From an uncultured Akkermansia sp. (GTDB taxonomy: Bacteria; Bacteroidota; Bacteroidia; B-17B0; Aurantibacillaceae), in the NCBI GenBank assembly GCA_964585565.1, contig CAZPEC010000008.1, positions 8,201-72,200 on the forward strand: a DNA stretch of 64,000 nucleotides. Direction: 5' to 3'. How positions within the stretch are numbered: position 1 is the stretch's first letter; each line of letters begins with the position of its first letter. This document shows, piece by piece, positions 1-9,883 of this stretch. Position numbers and translations under genes: made by a program. The notes beneath the pieces are model-generated. The model ran no database searches. It was given only the letters and a program-made list of their open reading frames with translations, and was not told the DNA's origin.

Positions 1-784
1 TACTTTTTAAAACATCCGCATCACGACTTCTGGCAGTATCCACCACCTCAATTTCATTCCATGCCATGCGGGGCATTTTACAGGCTTGTAAATATTCTAT
101 GTGCTTAATAATGGTATCTACAGCCAAACACTCGCCATAATAGCTCCAATGATGACCAAATTTAGGAAACAAAGGATACGATTCTTTCTGTTTAAGTAAT
201 TCAAACCAGGAATATAAATCCAGCTGATTAACCCCATAAGCTTTACTGTGTTTTACGAATAACTGATGATTGGTTTGCTTAACCGGATGTATATATTTTT
301 GTTCTACGTAATCAATACAATATTTTCCTTTTCCGGGGGCGTATACAAACAACAAAGTTATCCCCTTTTTGTGTAAAGTATCTTGTACAAGTTTAGCCTT
401 TTTCATCAGCGAAACTACCTTTTCTTCGGGCATTACATCATCTCCCATGGCTGAAAAAATATAGCTTTCACTAAATACATAATCTTCTTTACCAATCACA
501 AAACCATTTACACGAATTTGATTAAACCAGGCATAATATAATTGATTATTAAGTCTAACCATTAATTCTTTTAAGCCCCATCGATCGTTATTGTAGTCAT
601 CTGTTTCTTGCTGATAGCTTCCATTAAACCATGTTTCGGAATTTAACTTGGGCCTTTCATCAGCCATTACCAAACCGGTTAGCGCCGGCTTTTCATGTTT
701 TTTAGCCAGCGAAAAAAACAACGGCAAGGAAATAGCAACCCAAATTACCAAAGCATGAACCGAATATGTTTTTTTTGCTCCCAC
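1..784 (-). CDS. AlgJ/AlgX-like (DHHW-type, SGNH-like) polysaccharide O-acylation accessory protein. Partial: the C-terminus lies beyond the left edge.
   Basis: Hand translation of the minus strand gives an open frame to position 1: (GTG)GAKKTYSVHALVIWVAISLPLFFSLAKKHEKP...WFNGSYQQETDDY...GITLLFVYAPGKG...FPKFGHHWSYYG. It has an N-terminal membrane anchor and a GHHW motif. The GTG start overlaps the TAG stop of the upstream MBOAT gene by 1 nt. It is not in the ORF track because it is open-ended. Confidence 0.6.
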   Translation of the reverse strand, partial: MGAKKTYSVHALVIWVAISLPLFFSLAKKHEKPALTGLVMADERPKLNSETWFNGSYQQETDDYNNDRWGLKELMVRLNNQLYYAWFNQIRVNGFVIGKEDYVFSESYIFSAMGDDVMPEEKVVSLMKKAKLVQDTLHKKGITLLFVYAPGKGKYCIDYVEQKYIHPVKQTNHQLFVKHSKAYGVNQLDLYSWFELLKQKESYPLFPKFGHHWSYYGECLAVDTIIKHIEYLQACKMPRMAWNEIEVVDTARSRDADVLKS

Positions 785-2196
785 TAAAACCTAAAATATA
801 TAAAAGGATTAAAATTAAGAGAGGTTAAAAAGCTTAATGATACGTAAAACAAGATAATACCGCCGGCAGTGATTGCCCATCTCAAACTTGCACTAAAATT
901 TTCTCCGTATAATTTATTTTGCCACTGGTCAAACTTAGGAACAAGAACAAAACACGAAACGAAAAGCGACAGAATTGCCATAAATATAAAATCATTTTGT
1001 AAGGCAAATTTTCCGTCGAAGAAGGTAAAGATGTACATTTTTTTAATAACTGATAAGGCGAAAGAGATATTTTCGTTGCGGAATAAAACCCAACCGGTTA
1101 TCACCACAATAAACGTATATGGAATAGCCAGCCACTTCCCGATTTTTTGTAATATATTTTCAAGAAAAATTCGCTCCAGTATTAAGAACAGTCCGTGCCA
1201 TAGGCCCCACAAAATAAAATTCCAACTTGCTCCATGCCAAAAACCCGAGAGTAAAAAAACAATCATAAGATTGCGATACAATTTAGCCGTACCACTTTTA
1301 TTTCCTCCAAGCGGAATGTAAAGATAATTTTTCATCCAGGCCCCAAGGGTTATGTGCCAGCGTCTCCAAAATTCCGTTATACTGGATGAAGTGTATGGGT
1401 TATTAAAATTTTCGGGGATTTTAAAGCCCATAATTTTACACAAACCAATAGCCATATCGCTGTAGCCACTAAAGTCGAAATAAATCTGAAACGTGTAGGC
1501 AATAGCTCCAACCCAAGCTGCCGTGGTATCTATTTGATTAGTTTCAAGTGAGAAAACAGCATCGGCCTGCATGCCCATGGTATTTGCCAGTATGGTTTTT
1601 TTGGCCAAGCCCAAACAAAAGATAAAAAATCCGCTTAACTTAATATCGGGGGTATAATTTTTCTCACGGTTAGTTATTTGATCGGCAATATCATGATACC
1701 GCACAATAGGTCCGGCAATTAGTTTTGGAAATAGTAAAATATAGGTCTGATAATGCCAGAAATTTTTCAAGGGTTTGTGAACGCCCCGGTATACGTCTAC
1801 CACATAAGTAACACTTTCGAAAGTGTAAAAAGATATCCCAATAGGTAAAATTACTTTTGCCAACTGCATATCCATTCCGAACAAGGTATTGAAATTAGCG
1901 ATGAAAAAATTGAAATACTTAAAATAAAAAAGCAATCCAAGATTGAGCAACAAAGAAAGTACTAACAAGTTGCGTTTTTTGGATTGGTTTTTTGATTCAT
2001 GCATCCATTTCACCAAGTGAAAATCAACAAACGTAGTTGCCAAGATGGCAAATATGAATTTAGGTCCACCCCAGGAGTAAAAAAATATACTAAATAATAA
2101 AACAAAGGCATTTTTTAGCTTATGAGGAAAAAGGTGATAAACCAATAAAAAAATTGGTAACACATAAACCAAAAATGTAATGCTCGCAAATATCAA
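784..2196 (-). CDS. MBOAT family membrane-bound O-acyltransferase (AlgI/DltB-like)
   Basis: 470 aa and polytopic. AlgI-like N-terminus FLVYVLPIFLLVYHL...FFYSWGG. Conserved block WRRWHITLGAWMKNYLYIPLGGN...GFWHGASW containing the MBOAT His. Confidence 0.85.
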   Translation of the reverse strand: MIFASITFLVYVLPIFLLVYHLFPHKLKNAFVLLFSIFFYSWGGPKFIFAILATTFVDFHLVKWMHESKNQSKKRNLLVLSLLLNLGLLFYFKYFNFFIANFNTLFGMDMQLAKVILPIGISFYTFESVTYVVDVYRGVHKPLKNFWHYQTYILLFPKLIAGPIVRYHDIADQITNREKNYTPDIKLSGFFIFCLGLAKKTILANTMGMQADAVFSLETNQIDTTAAWVGAIAYTFQIYFDFSGYSDMAIGLCKIMGFKIPENFNNPYTSSSITEFWRRWHITLGAWMKNYLYIPLGGNKSGTAKLYRNLMIVFLLSGFWHGASWNFILWGLWHGLFLILERIFLENILQKIGKWLAIPYTFIVVITGWVLFRNENISFALSVIKKMYIFTFFDGKFALQNDFIFMAILSLFVSCFVLVPKFDQWQNKLYGENFSASLRWAITAGGIILFYVSLSFLTSLNFNPFIYFRF

Positions 2197-2248
2197 AATG
2201 CCAAATTAGGAGGTAAAAATAAACATTTAGAAATGATTAAAAAAGCCC

Positions 2249-2671
2249 TTAATGTGCTGTAAATAAGGGAGTTTTTCCGTTACTGTATTTTAATATCAAT
2301 TGGTTGTATAAATTAACCTGGTTGCTTCTGAGCGATACCTCTATCTCTTCCGGGGTCATTCCGGGACCTATATCAATAAAGTCAGATCGGTTTAATTGGT
2401 ACTGTAAAGATAATTTGTCAAAATACTCTTTTGAAAGACTTATGGACGCCTTCAAGTTTTCTACATCTTTTGAAAGTAAAATAAGCTTATTAATCTCCGA
2501 CTCTATTTCTTTTACATTGAGTTTAACAGAGTCATTTTTCGAAAAAATTTTATTCAATTCTTGTTCCCTCCAGGCCAATTCATTTTTAAAATACGACTCC
2601 GTTTCTCTCTGTCGTTTGTTATCGGAACAAGAAAATAGTACGAAAGCAATTATGCAAACAAAAAATCTCAA
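2249..2671 (-). CDS. Small lipoprotein, coiled-coil-like, unknown function
   Basis: 140 aa with a lipobox (VLFSC). Its start overlaps the ftsE stop by 4 nt, suggesting translational coupling. Confidence 0.6.
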   Translation of the reverse strand: MRFFVCIIAFVLFSCSDNKRQRETESYFKNELAWREQELNKIFSKNDSVKLNVKEIESEINKLILLSKDVENLKASISLSKEYFDKLSLQYQLNRSDFIDIGPGMTPEEIEVSLRSNQVNLYNQLILKYSNGKTPLFTAH

Positions 2672-3345
2672 CTTAGTTCTGTTACCCGCCCGTTTTCAAA
2701 GAGCAAAGTCCGGCTTTTGTACTTTTGATATACCATCATATCGTGTGTTGCAAACAAAACACTACGCCCGCCATCCGTTAGCGATCTCAAAAGTTTAACA
2801 ATTTCCTCGGAAGTTTCCGGATCCAAATTTCCGGTAGGTTCATCGGCAATTATAAGCTCCGGATTATTTACCAAGGCCCTGGCAATACCAACTCTTTGCT
2901 GTTCTCCTCCGGATAACTCGTGAGGCATGCTTGTTTCCTTATTTTCCATACCTACCATTTTCAATACTTCCAAAATGCGATTTTTTATTTTTGACTCCTC
3001 TTTCCAACCGGTTGCTTTCATCACAAAACTTAAGTTGTCGTAAACAGTTCTATCTCCCAAAAGCTGAAAGTCTTGGAAAACAATACCCAGTTTTCTCCTC
3101 AAATAAGGAATTTCTGAGGATTTAATTTTTGAGATATCAAACCCGGCAACCTTTACCGTTCCGGTTCCCGGAGGTACGTCGGCATACAATGTTTTTAAAA
3201 AAGTAGATTTACCGCTACCCGTTTTTCCGAGTAAATACACAAACTCTCCCTTTCCGGCTTTAAAATCAAGAGAACTGGCAATGGGCCTGTTTTCTTGCAG
3301 GAGTGTTAGTTTTTCGCAATAAATTAAATCTTCCATGGTTAACAA
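2668..3345 (-). CDS. ftsE: FtsE-like ABC transporter ATP-binding protein
   Basis: 225 aa. Walker A GKTGSGKST, signature LSGGEQQRVGIARAL, Walker B IIADEPTGNLD. Confidence 0.85.
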   Translation of the reverse strand: MLTMEDLIYCEKLTLLQENRPIASSLDFKAGKGEFVYLLGKTGSGKSTFLKTLYADVPPGTGTVKVAGFDISKIKSSEIPYLRRKLGIVFQDFQLLGDRTVYDNLSFVMKATGWKEESKIKNRILEVLKMVGMENKETSMPHELSGGEQQRVGIARALVNNPELIIADEPTGNLDPETSEEIVKLLRSLTDGGRSVLFATHDMMVYQKYKSRTLLFENGRVTELS

Positions 3346-3495
3346 AGCATAAAATTAGGTATAAGCTTATCCTTGGGTGAAAATACCTTGTAACAATATG
3401 AACATTATTGCGTTAATAATTGAAATCAACGTAGCGGTATACGCACACTTTAGCAAAGTACATTTATTGAGATAAATCTACCTGTTTATTTTTCA

Positions 3496-6400
3496 GTGAA
3501 AATTCTAGAAAAACATCTCTTTTTATGTTGCCTATTGGCAGGCGTAGTCAGTTTACATGCTCAAAAAACGGCCATACTGCTCGATAAAGATAACTTATAT
3601 AAAGTTGGCATTGAGTTATACGACAAAGCACAATATACCCAGGCTCAAAAGTCTTTTGAAGAATATATTAAAGTCGCTTCCCCATCGCTTTTGAGAACTG
3701 ATGCGGAATTTTATGCGGCTGCTTGCGCCGTAGAATTATTTCATAAAGATGGAGAGTGGCGCTTGAGAGAGTTTATTGCCAAACATCCGGAAAGTACCCG
3801 CTTAAATCTCGCTTATTTTTATTTGGGAAAATCAAATTTTAGAAAGAAGAAGTATAAGGAAAGTTTGGATTTTTTTAATCAGGTAGATCATTTCCAATTA
3901 ACCGAATCAGATTTACACGAGTGGTATTTTAAGAGGGGTTACAGCTACTTCAGCACAGGTGATATGAATAAAGCCAAAGAAGATTTTTACGAAATAAAGG
4001 AAAAAGACAATAAATATCAGCAGCCTGCTTTGTATTATTACAGCCACATTTGCTATCTCGAAAAAAAATACGAAACAGCTCTTCAGGGATTTATGAAGTT
4101 AACCGCAAGCGAAACCTTCAAATCTGTGGTACCCTATTACATCACACAAATCTATTTTATTGAAGGAAAATACGAAACCGTTACTTCCACCGCCCTAAGC
4201 TTGTTAAATGACAGCGCCAATGTTCAAAAAGAAAATGAAATATATAGGATGGTTGGCGAAAGCTACTATCACTTAAAAGATTTTAAAAATGCTCTAACCT
4301 ATTTGAGTAAAACCGATTTAGCTTCGGGATATAACCATAACGGGAACTATGCCTTGGGGTACTGCTACTACAAAACCGGCGACTGTCCAAATGCCTTAAA
4401 ACAATTTGAAAAAGTTACCGAAAAAAAAGATTCCCTCTCTCAAAATGCCTGGTACCACATGGGAGATTGTTACCTAAAACAAGGAGAGAAACTAAAAGCT
4501 AAAAATGCTTTTTATAGCGCCTACCAGCTAAACTTCGAAAAAAAAATTACGGAAGACGCGCTCTTTAGCTTTGCTAAGCTCAGCTATGAATTAGATTTTA
4601 GCCCCTTCAATGAAGCTGTAAAAGCATTTAGCAAATACCTGCGCGAATATCCAAACTCTCCTAGAAAAGAAGAATGCTACAACTTTCTATTAAACGTATA
4701 TGCTACTACCAGAAATTACGATGCGGCCATAAAAAGTATTGAAAGCATGGGAAGTATAGACCCTATTTTAAAAGTTACCTATCAAAAACTAATATACTTT
4801 AAAGGCGTTGACGCTTTCAATAACGGAAAACTGGACGAAGCCGAAAAAAGCTTTAAAAAGTCGCAGGAACAAAATGCCGACCTCTTGTTAAACTGCCTTA
4901 CGCAATACTGGATGGGCGAAATTGCTTATCTGAAAAAAGACTATTCTACCGCCATTGAACGCTGGAAAAAATTTCAGTTGATGGAGGGAGCAGCCTCTTT
5001 GCCCGAGTATGAAACCGTAAACTATAATTTAGGATATGCTCATCTGCAAAGAAAAGAAAAAGACGACTATACCAATGCCAACATTGCCTTCAGAAAATAC
5101 CTGCTTTCCAAAAACATAGAGGATGCTTATAAAAAAGCTGATGCCAATGCCCGTGCTGCCGATTGTTATTTCATGAACTATAGCTACACCCAAGCTGCCG
5201 AGTATTACACGGAAGCCATAAACCAAAACAAGGTAGATGTTGATTATTCCTATTACCAAAGAGGCATGTGCTATGGCTTGCTGAAAAAGTATAAAGAAAA
5301 AATAAATGATTTACAGTTTATAGAAAGCAAATTCCCAGGAAGTATTTACCTAAGCCAGTCCATAAGCGAAATAGCCGACACCTATTACGAAAATTTACGC
5401 GACGAAACCAATGCCATAAACTATTACAACAAAATATTAAATAACTATCCCAACTCACGCTCTACACTCAACTGCTACAGTAAACTGGGGAACATTTATT
5501 ACGGACGCAAAGAAGATGATAAAGCCTTGGAATACTTTACCAAATATCTGAAAAGCGACAGCAAAAGCGAAGAAGCTAAAAACATAATGGAACAGGTTAA
5601 AACCATTTTCAAAGAAAAAGGGCAAATAGAAGAGATGGAAAAGTATTTTGCCTCGCTCGGAAATCCGCTTAACATTAACCAAATTGAAGTTGCAACTTAC
5701 GAAACGGCCAAAGATGCTCATTATAATCAAAAAAATTATGATTTGGCAATGGAAAAATGGGCGGCTTATATTTCCCGTTTCCCCGACGGAAAATATATCC
5801 TGGAAGCACAATTTAACTATGCGGAATGTGCCTACGGAAAAAACCAGTTCGAAAAAGCCTTGCCGGGATATAATTTTGTACTTTCAAAAAGTAGAAGCCT
5901 ATATACCGAAACAGCCCTTGCCAAAGCTTCTTACATAAACTACAAAGCAAAAGATTATGCCGCAGCACTCCCTCAGTATATCTTGCTAAAAGACCTTGCC
6001 GAAAGCGCCGTAAACCGAAGTAACTCGAGATTTGGGATTATGCGTTGCGCTTACTACCTCAATAAATTTGATACTGCACTTAACGCATGCAATGATTTAT
6101 TGGCCAACGAAAAACTTTTTCCGCAACAAACCAGCGAAATCAAATACATAAAGGCAAAATGCCTCTACGAAACCGGAAGATATAACGATGCGCTCACTGA
6201 ATTTATAGCCATGAGCAAAACAGCCAACAATATAACCGGGGCGGAGGCATTGTATTATATAGCCTTAATTCACTTTAAGAAAGCAGATTATAAGGAAACT
6301 GAAAAAACCATTAATAAACTCATTGGCTATTCATACAGCAATGATGATTGGAATACAAAAGGAATGTTGCTGTTAGCCGATAAATATATAATAACCGGAG

Positions 6401-6567
6401 AAAACGCTAATGCCGAAGTAATTTTACAGACTGTAATAGACAGCAAACCAAAACAAGAATACCTGGATGAAGCACTCGATAAGCTCAATAAAATAAAAGA
6501 AAAACAAGGGCAACGAGGGAATCAGGGTAAAGAAACGGATGAGTTTAACATAGAGTTTAAAGAATAA
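3496..6567 (+). CDS. Large secreted tetratricopeptide-repeat (TPR) protein
   Basis: 1023 aa. Signal peptide ...VVSLHAQ. Recurring TPR-type Y/A/L-rich 34-aa units throughout. GTG start, with no in-frame ATG in the signal region. Confidence 0.75.
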   Translation: MKILEKHLFLCCLLAGVVSLHAQKTAILLDKDNLYKVGIELYDKAQYTQAQKSFEEYIKVASPSLLRTDAEFYAAACAVELFHKDGEWRLREFIAKHPESTRLNLAYFYLGKSNFRKKKYKESLDFFNQVDHFQLTESDLHEWYFKRGYSYFSTGDMNKAKEDFYEIKEKDNKYQQPALYYYSHICYLEKKYETALQGFMKLTASETFKSVVPYYITQIYFIEGKYETVTSTALSLLNDSANVQKENEIYRMVGESYYHLKDFKNALTYLSKTDLASGYNHNGNYALGYCYYKTGDCPNALKQFEKVTEKKDSLSQNAWYHMGDCYLKQGEKLKAKNAFYSAYQLNFEKKITEDALFSFAKLSYELDFSPFNEAVKAFSKYLREYPNSPRKEECYNFLLNVYATTRNYDAAIKSIESMGSIDPILKVTYQKLIYFKGVDAFNNGKLDEAEKSFKKSQEQNADLLLNCLTQYWMGEIAYLKKDYSTAIERWKKFQLMEGAASLPEYETVNYNLGYAHLQRKEKDDYTNANIAFRKYLLSKNIEDAYKKADANARAADCYFMNYSYTQAAEYYTEAINQNKVDVDYSYYQRGMCYGLLKKYKEKINDLQFIESKFPGSIYLSQSISEIADTYYENLRDETNAINYYNKILNNYPNSRSTLNCYSKLGNIYYGRKEDDKALEYFTKYLKSDSKSEEAKNIMEQVKTIFKEKGQIEEMEKYFASLGNPLNINQIEVATYETAKDAHYNQKNYDLAMEKWAAYISRFPDGKYILEAQFNYAECAYGKNQFEKALPGYNFVLSKSRSLYTETALAKASYINYKAKDYAAALPQYILLKDLAESAVNRSNSRFGIMRCAYYLNKFDTALNACNDLLANEKLFPQQTSEIKYIKAKCLYETGRYNDALTEFIAMSKTANNITGAEALYYIALIHFKKADYKETEKTINKLIGYSYSNDDWNTKGMLLLADKYIITGENANAEVILQTVIDSKPKQEYLDEALDKLNKIKEKQGQRGNQGKETDEFNIEFKE

Positions 6568-6577
6568 CTAAAATTCC

Positions 6578-8323
6578 ATGCAAAAAAATATTCATATATC
6601 AATACCTCAAAAGAACTCTAGGTTTGCTTTAAGCAAAAATCACAAACGTAACTTGCAGGTAATTTTAATTATTCTGCTGGTACTGCTGCATGCTTATGTT
6701 TGTTTATCCCAAAATAACCCCAACAGTAATAATACTTTTATCGCCAAAAGTGATTTTAAGCCTGAAATAAAAGAGTCTATCCGATTTGCCGATATACCGG
6801 AAATTAAAGACAGTGTTAAACGAATAACAAATATTTCGTACGGCATAGTAAGTAATCCTCTTTTTCCTAAGTATGAGGTACAAAAAATTGATGCTGCTAA
6901 AATGAGAAATGAACCAAATAAAAAACTTTATCATGCACTTCTAAAAGCCGGCTACGCTCCACTATATAATATGCCCTACGGAGAATTTTTATTTGGCAAT
7001 TTACGTGCTCGGGAAGTCGTTTACGGAGCTCGGTTAAAACATTTTTCAAGCACTACCCACCTGGAAGAAAAAGGATACGGAGGCTTTAGCGATAACCTGG
7101 TAAACATACACGGAAAAAAATTCTATAAAAAACATACCCTTATTGGAAATTTCGACTATGAAAGAAATGTAGTGCATTACTACGGCTATGACTCCTCTCT
7201 TCATAAAATCACCAATCGAAATTTTATCCGACAACGATACCAGCTCATAGAACCTACTATCAGCCTGCAGAGCCATTATACCGACAGTACCAAAATAAAC
7301 CACTTCATAAAAGGAGGTTTTTACAATTTACAAGGGCTACCCATGAACTCCGAAACAAACGTAAATGTTTTTGCTCAGGGAAATATGTTCTTAAACAAGG
7401 AAAAACTAAATGTTGATTTTTCTACGGACTTCTATAATCATCAATGGAGACAAGATACCTTAAACAACCTCATTGTTTCTCTGGCACCCTCGTTTGAAGC
7501 AAACGGCAAAAAGTGGAAGGCTGCCATGGGGCTAAAAGCCACGCTGGACTATTTTGATAAAAATACCAAATTTTATTTTTATCCGAATTTATACGCTGCC
7601 TGTGATATTTATGAAGGATTTATTATACCCTATGCCGGAGCAAGCGGTGGACTTCAAAAGAATAGTCTCAGAAGCCTAAGCAGAGAAAATCCATTTATTG
7701 ATTCAACTTTTACCTATGCAAATACCAACAATAGATATAACTTTTTTGCAGGTATTAAAGGAAAACTAAGCAGCAATACTGCCTATGAGCTAAAAGGAGT
7801 TTACAGCAATGTAGAGAACATGCACTTTTTTGTAATCAATTACAATCCTGCCTCACCCCTCTATAACCGCTTTAATGTGTTGTATGCAAACGCCACACAA
7901 ATTACCGTACATGGCCAACTAAAATATCAAATGAACGAAAAAATTCATTTGTTGGGAACAGCCAATTATTATATATACCAAGTTAAGGGATTAGACAGAG
8001 CCTATCACAAACCCGATTACGATTTAACAGCTTCTGCCATTTACAACCTGCAAAGCAAAATCATTATCAGAGGAGACCTTTTTGTAATAGGTAAGCAATG
8101 GGCCCTTACACAAAAAGCAGATGAAAAAGGCGCTCTTTTTATGAGTAACGAACAGCTAAAGGGATTAGTAGACGCAAATTTGGAAGCGGAATACCGCTAT
8201 TCCAAAATGTTAAGCTTTTTTGCCCGATTCAACAATATTGCCAACCAACGCTATTACCGTTGGGAGCGATACCCAACCCAGCGTTTTAACTTTATGCTGG
8301 GACTCACATTTGTTCCCTTTTAA
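6578..8323 (+). CDS. Putative outer-membrane beta-barrel (porin-like) protein
   Basis: 581 aa, starting 10 nt after the TPR gene. Hydrophobic N-terminus, alternating beta-strand-like pattern, and a C-terminal ...GLTFVPF with terminal Phe typical of OMPs. Confidence 0.55.
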   Translation: MQKNIHISIPQKNSRFALSKNHKRNLQVILIILLVLLHAYVCLSQNNPNSNNTFIAKSDFKPEIKESIRFADIPEIKDSVKRITNISYGIVSNPLFPKYEVQKIDAAKMRNEPNKKLYHALLKAGYAPLYNMPYGEFLFGNLRAREVVYGARLKHFSSTTHLEEKGYGGFSDNLVNIHGKKFYKKHTLIGNFDYERNVVHYYGYDSSLHKITNRNFIRQRYQLIEPTISLQSHYTDSTKINHFIKGGFYNLQGLPMNSETNVNVFAQGNMFLNKEKLNVDFSTDFYNHQWRQDTLNNLIVSLAPSFEANGKKWKAAMGLKATLDYFDKNTKFYFYPNLYAACDIYEGFIIPYAGASGGLQKNSLRSLSRENPFIDSTFTYANTNNRYNFFAGIKGKLSSNTAYELKGVYSNVENMHFFVINYNPASPLYNRFNVLYANATQITVHGQLKYQMNEKIHLLGTANYYIYQVKGLDRAYHKPDYDLTASAIYNLQSKIIIRGDLFVIGKQWALTQKADEKGALFMSNEQLKGLVDANLEAEYRYSKMLSFFARFNNIANQRYYRWERYPTQRFNFMLGLTFVPF

Positions 8324-8334
8324 GGAAGTAAAAA

Positions 8335-9732
8335 TTATTTCAGGCTTCCTATCATGTCCTCCGGACGAACCCATTGATCAAATTGCTCATTGGTAAGCAG
8401 CCCCAAATCTATCGCAGCCTCTCTAAGTGTCTTTCCTTCTTTATGAGCAGTTTTAGCGATTTTTGCGGCATTTTCGTAACCAATATGAGGATTCAGCGCA
8501 GTTACGAGCATCAGGCTGTTTTCCAAGTGTTGCTTAATAACCGGTAAATTGGGTTCAATACCTTCTGCGCACTTATCATTAAAACTCACACAGGCATCTC
8601 CGATTAAGCGGGCACTTTGCAATACATTCGCTGCTATCAGAGGTTTAAACACGTTCAGTTCAAAGTGACCGGTGGCTCCTCCAACGGCAACCGCCATATC
8701 ATTTCCAATAACCTGAGCACAAACCATCGTTAATGCCTCGGGTTGTGTAGGATTAACCTTGCCGGGCATAATGGAAGAACCCGGTTCATTATCCGGTATA
8801 ATTATTTCTCCTATTCCGCAACGAGGACCGGAGGAAAGCATTCGTATATCATTGGCTATTTTCATTAAAGCCACGGCGCTTCGTTTTAATGCCCCGCTTA
8901 ATTCAACCATGGCATCGTGCGCAGCCAAAGCCTCAAATTTATTTGGTGCCGTTACAAAGGGTAATCCTGTTAACTCGGCAATTTTTTTAGCTACCAACAC
9001 GTCGTAACCTTTAGGAGTATTCAAACCGGTACCAACAGCTGTTCCGCCCAATGCCAATTCTTTTACCGCTTCCAATGCATTTTTAAGCGCTCGTATGCTC
9101 ATATTAATTTGTTGAACATATCCGCTAAACTCCTGCCCTAAAGATAAGGGTGTGGCGTCCATAAAATGCGTGCGGCCGGTTTTAATGATAGAATTGAATT
9201 TCTCAGCTTTTTTCTGCAAGGTATTTCTAAGTTTCTCCATACCCGGAATGGTTATTTCAACCACCTGCTTATAAGCTGCTATATGCATGGCTGTAGGGTA
9301 CGTATCGTTGCTGGATTGTGATTTGTTTACATCGTCGTTCGGATGTAGCACCTTTTTTTCATCACTCAGTTTCCCCCCCTGCATTACATGAGCCCTATAA
9401 GCAATTACTTCATTGGCGTTCATATTGCTTTGTGTACCGGAACCTGTTTGCCAAATTACCAATGGAAATTGGTCATCTAATTTTCCGGCAATAATCTCGT
9501 CGCAAGCTTTGCTTATGAGTTCACATTTCTCCTTACTTAAAACACCTAGCTCGTGGTTGGCCATTGCAGCCGCTTTTTTAAGATAACCAAAAGCATATAT
9601 AATTTCTTTGGGCATACTGCCTTCGGGTCCAATTTTAAAATTATTGCGCGAGCGCTCTGTTTGTGCACCCCAATATACATGAGCGGGAACTTTTACCTCG
9701 CCCATCGTGTCTTTTTCGATACGGAAATCCAT
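8335..9732 (-). CDS. fumC: Class II fumarate hydratase
   Basis: Fumarate-lyase signature [14 protein letters not shown]-terminus [16 protein letters not shown]. The ORF-track start at 9789 is a TTG extension, so I trimmed to the ATG at 9732. Confidence 0.93.
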   Translation of the reverse strand: MDFRIEKDTMGEVKVPAHVYWGAQTERSRNNFKIGPEGSMPKEIIYAFGYLKKAAAMANHELGVLSKEKCELISKACDEIIAGKLDDQFPLVIWQTGSGTQSNMNANEVIAYRAHVMQGGKLSDEKKVLHPNDDVNKSQSSNDTYPTAMHIAAYKQVVEITIPGMEKLRNTLQKKAEKFNSIIKTGRTHFMDATPLSLGQEFSGYVQQINMSIRALKNALEAVKELALGGTAVGTGLNTPKGYDVLVAKKIAELTGLPFVTAPNKFEALAAHDAMVELSGALKRSAVALMKIANDIRMLSSGPRCGIGEIIIPDNEPGSSIMPGKVNPTQPEALTMVCAQVIGNDMAVAVGGATGHFELNVFKPLIAANVLQSARLIGDACVSFNDKCAEGIEPNLPVIKQHLENSLMLVTALNPHIGYENAAKIAKTAHKEGKTLREAAIDLGLLTNEQFDQWVRPEDMIGSLK

Positions 9733-9883
9733 AACAATTTTTTTAGGTACACAAATGTACGTTTTGGGAATGAAAAAATCCAATCCCAAAAAACCTGCTG
9801 TAACGACATTTAAATACTCGCTCTATATAAATATAATACGCTATCTTCACCTTTCCATATTACCCGTCGTCATTGGCAAAACA

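Noticed and set aside
869-1321. 150-aa plus-strand ORF inside the MBOAT gene, representative of about 60 similar ORF-track entries (for example 2304-2798, 5029-5259, 10385-10897, 12942-13307, 28343-28591, 31406-31807, 58499-58882).
   Set aside because: These are opposite-strand or alternate-frame shadows of longer ORFs that have clear family motifs. None shows a signal peptide, motif or independent intergenic context.
3496-6567. Possibility that the 1023-aa TPR protein is the T9SS component SprE/PorW.
   Set aside because: There is no lipobox, no recognisable SprE-specific sequence by eye, and the gene is not adjacent to T9SS genes. TPR content alone is insufficient, so I kept the call generic.
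9733-9883. Apparent overlap of fumC (ORF to 9789) and hrpB (ORF from 9707), suggesting overlapping divergent genes.
   Set aside because: Both are artefacts of upstream alternative start codons. The conserved N-termini begin at 9732 (MDFRIEKD) and 9884 (MDLPIKNIL), leaving a normal 151-nt divergent intergenic region.
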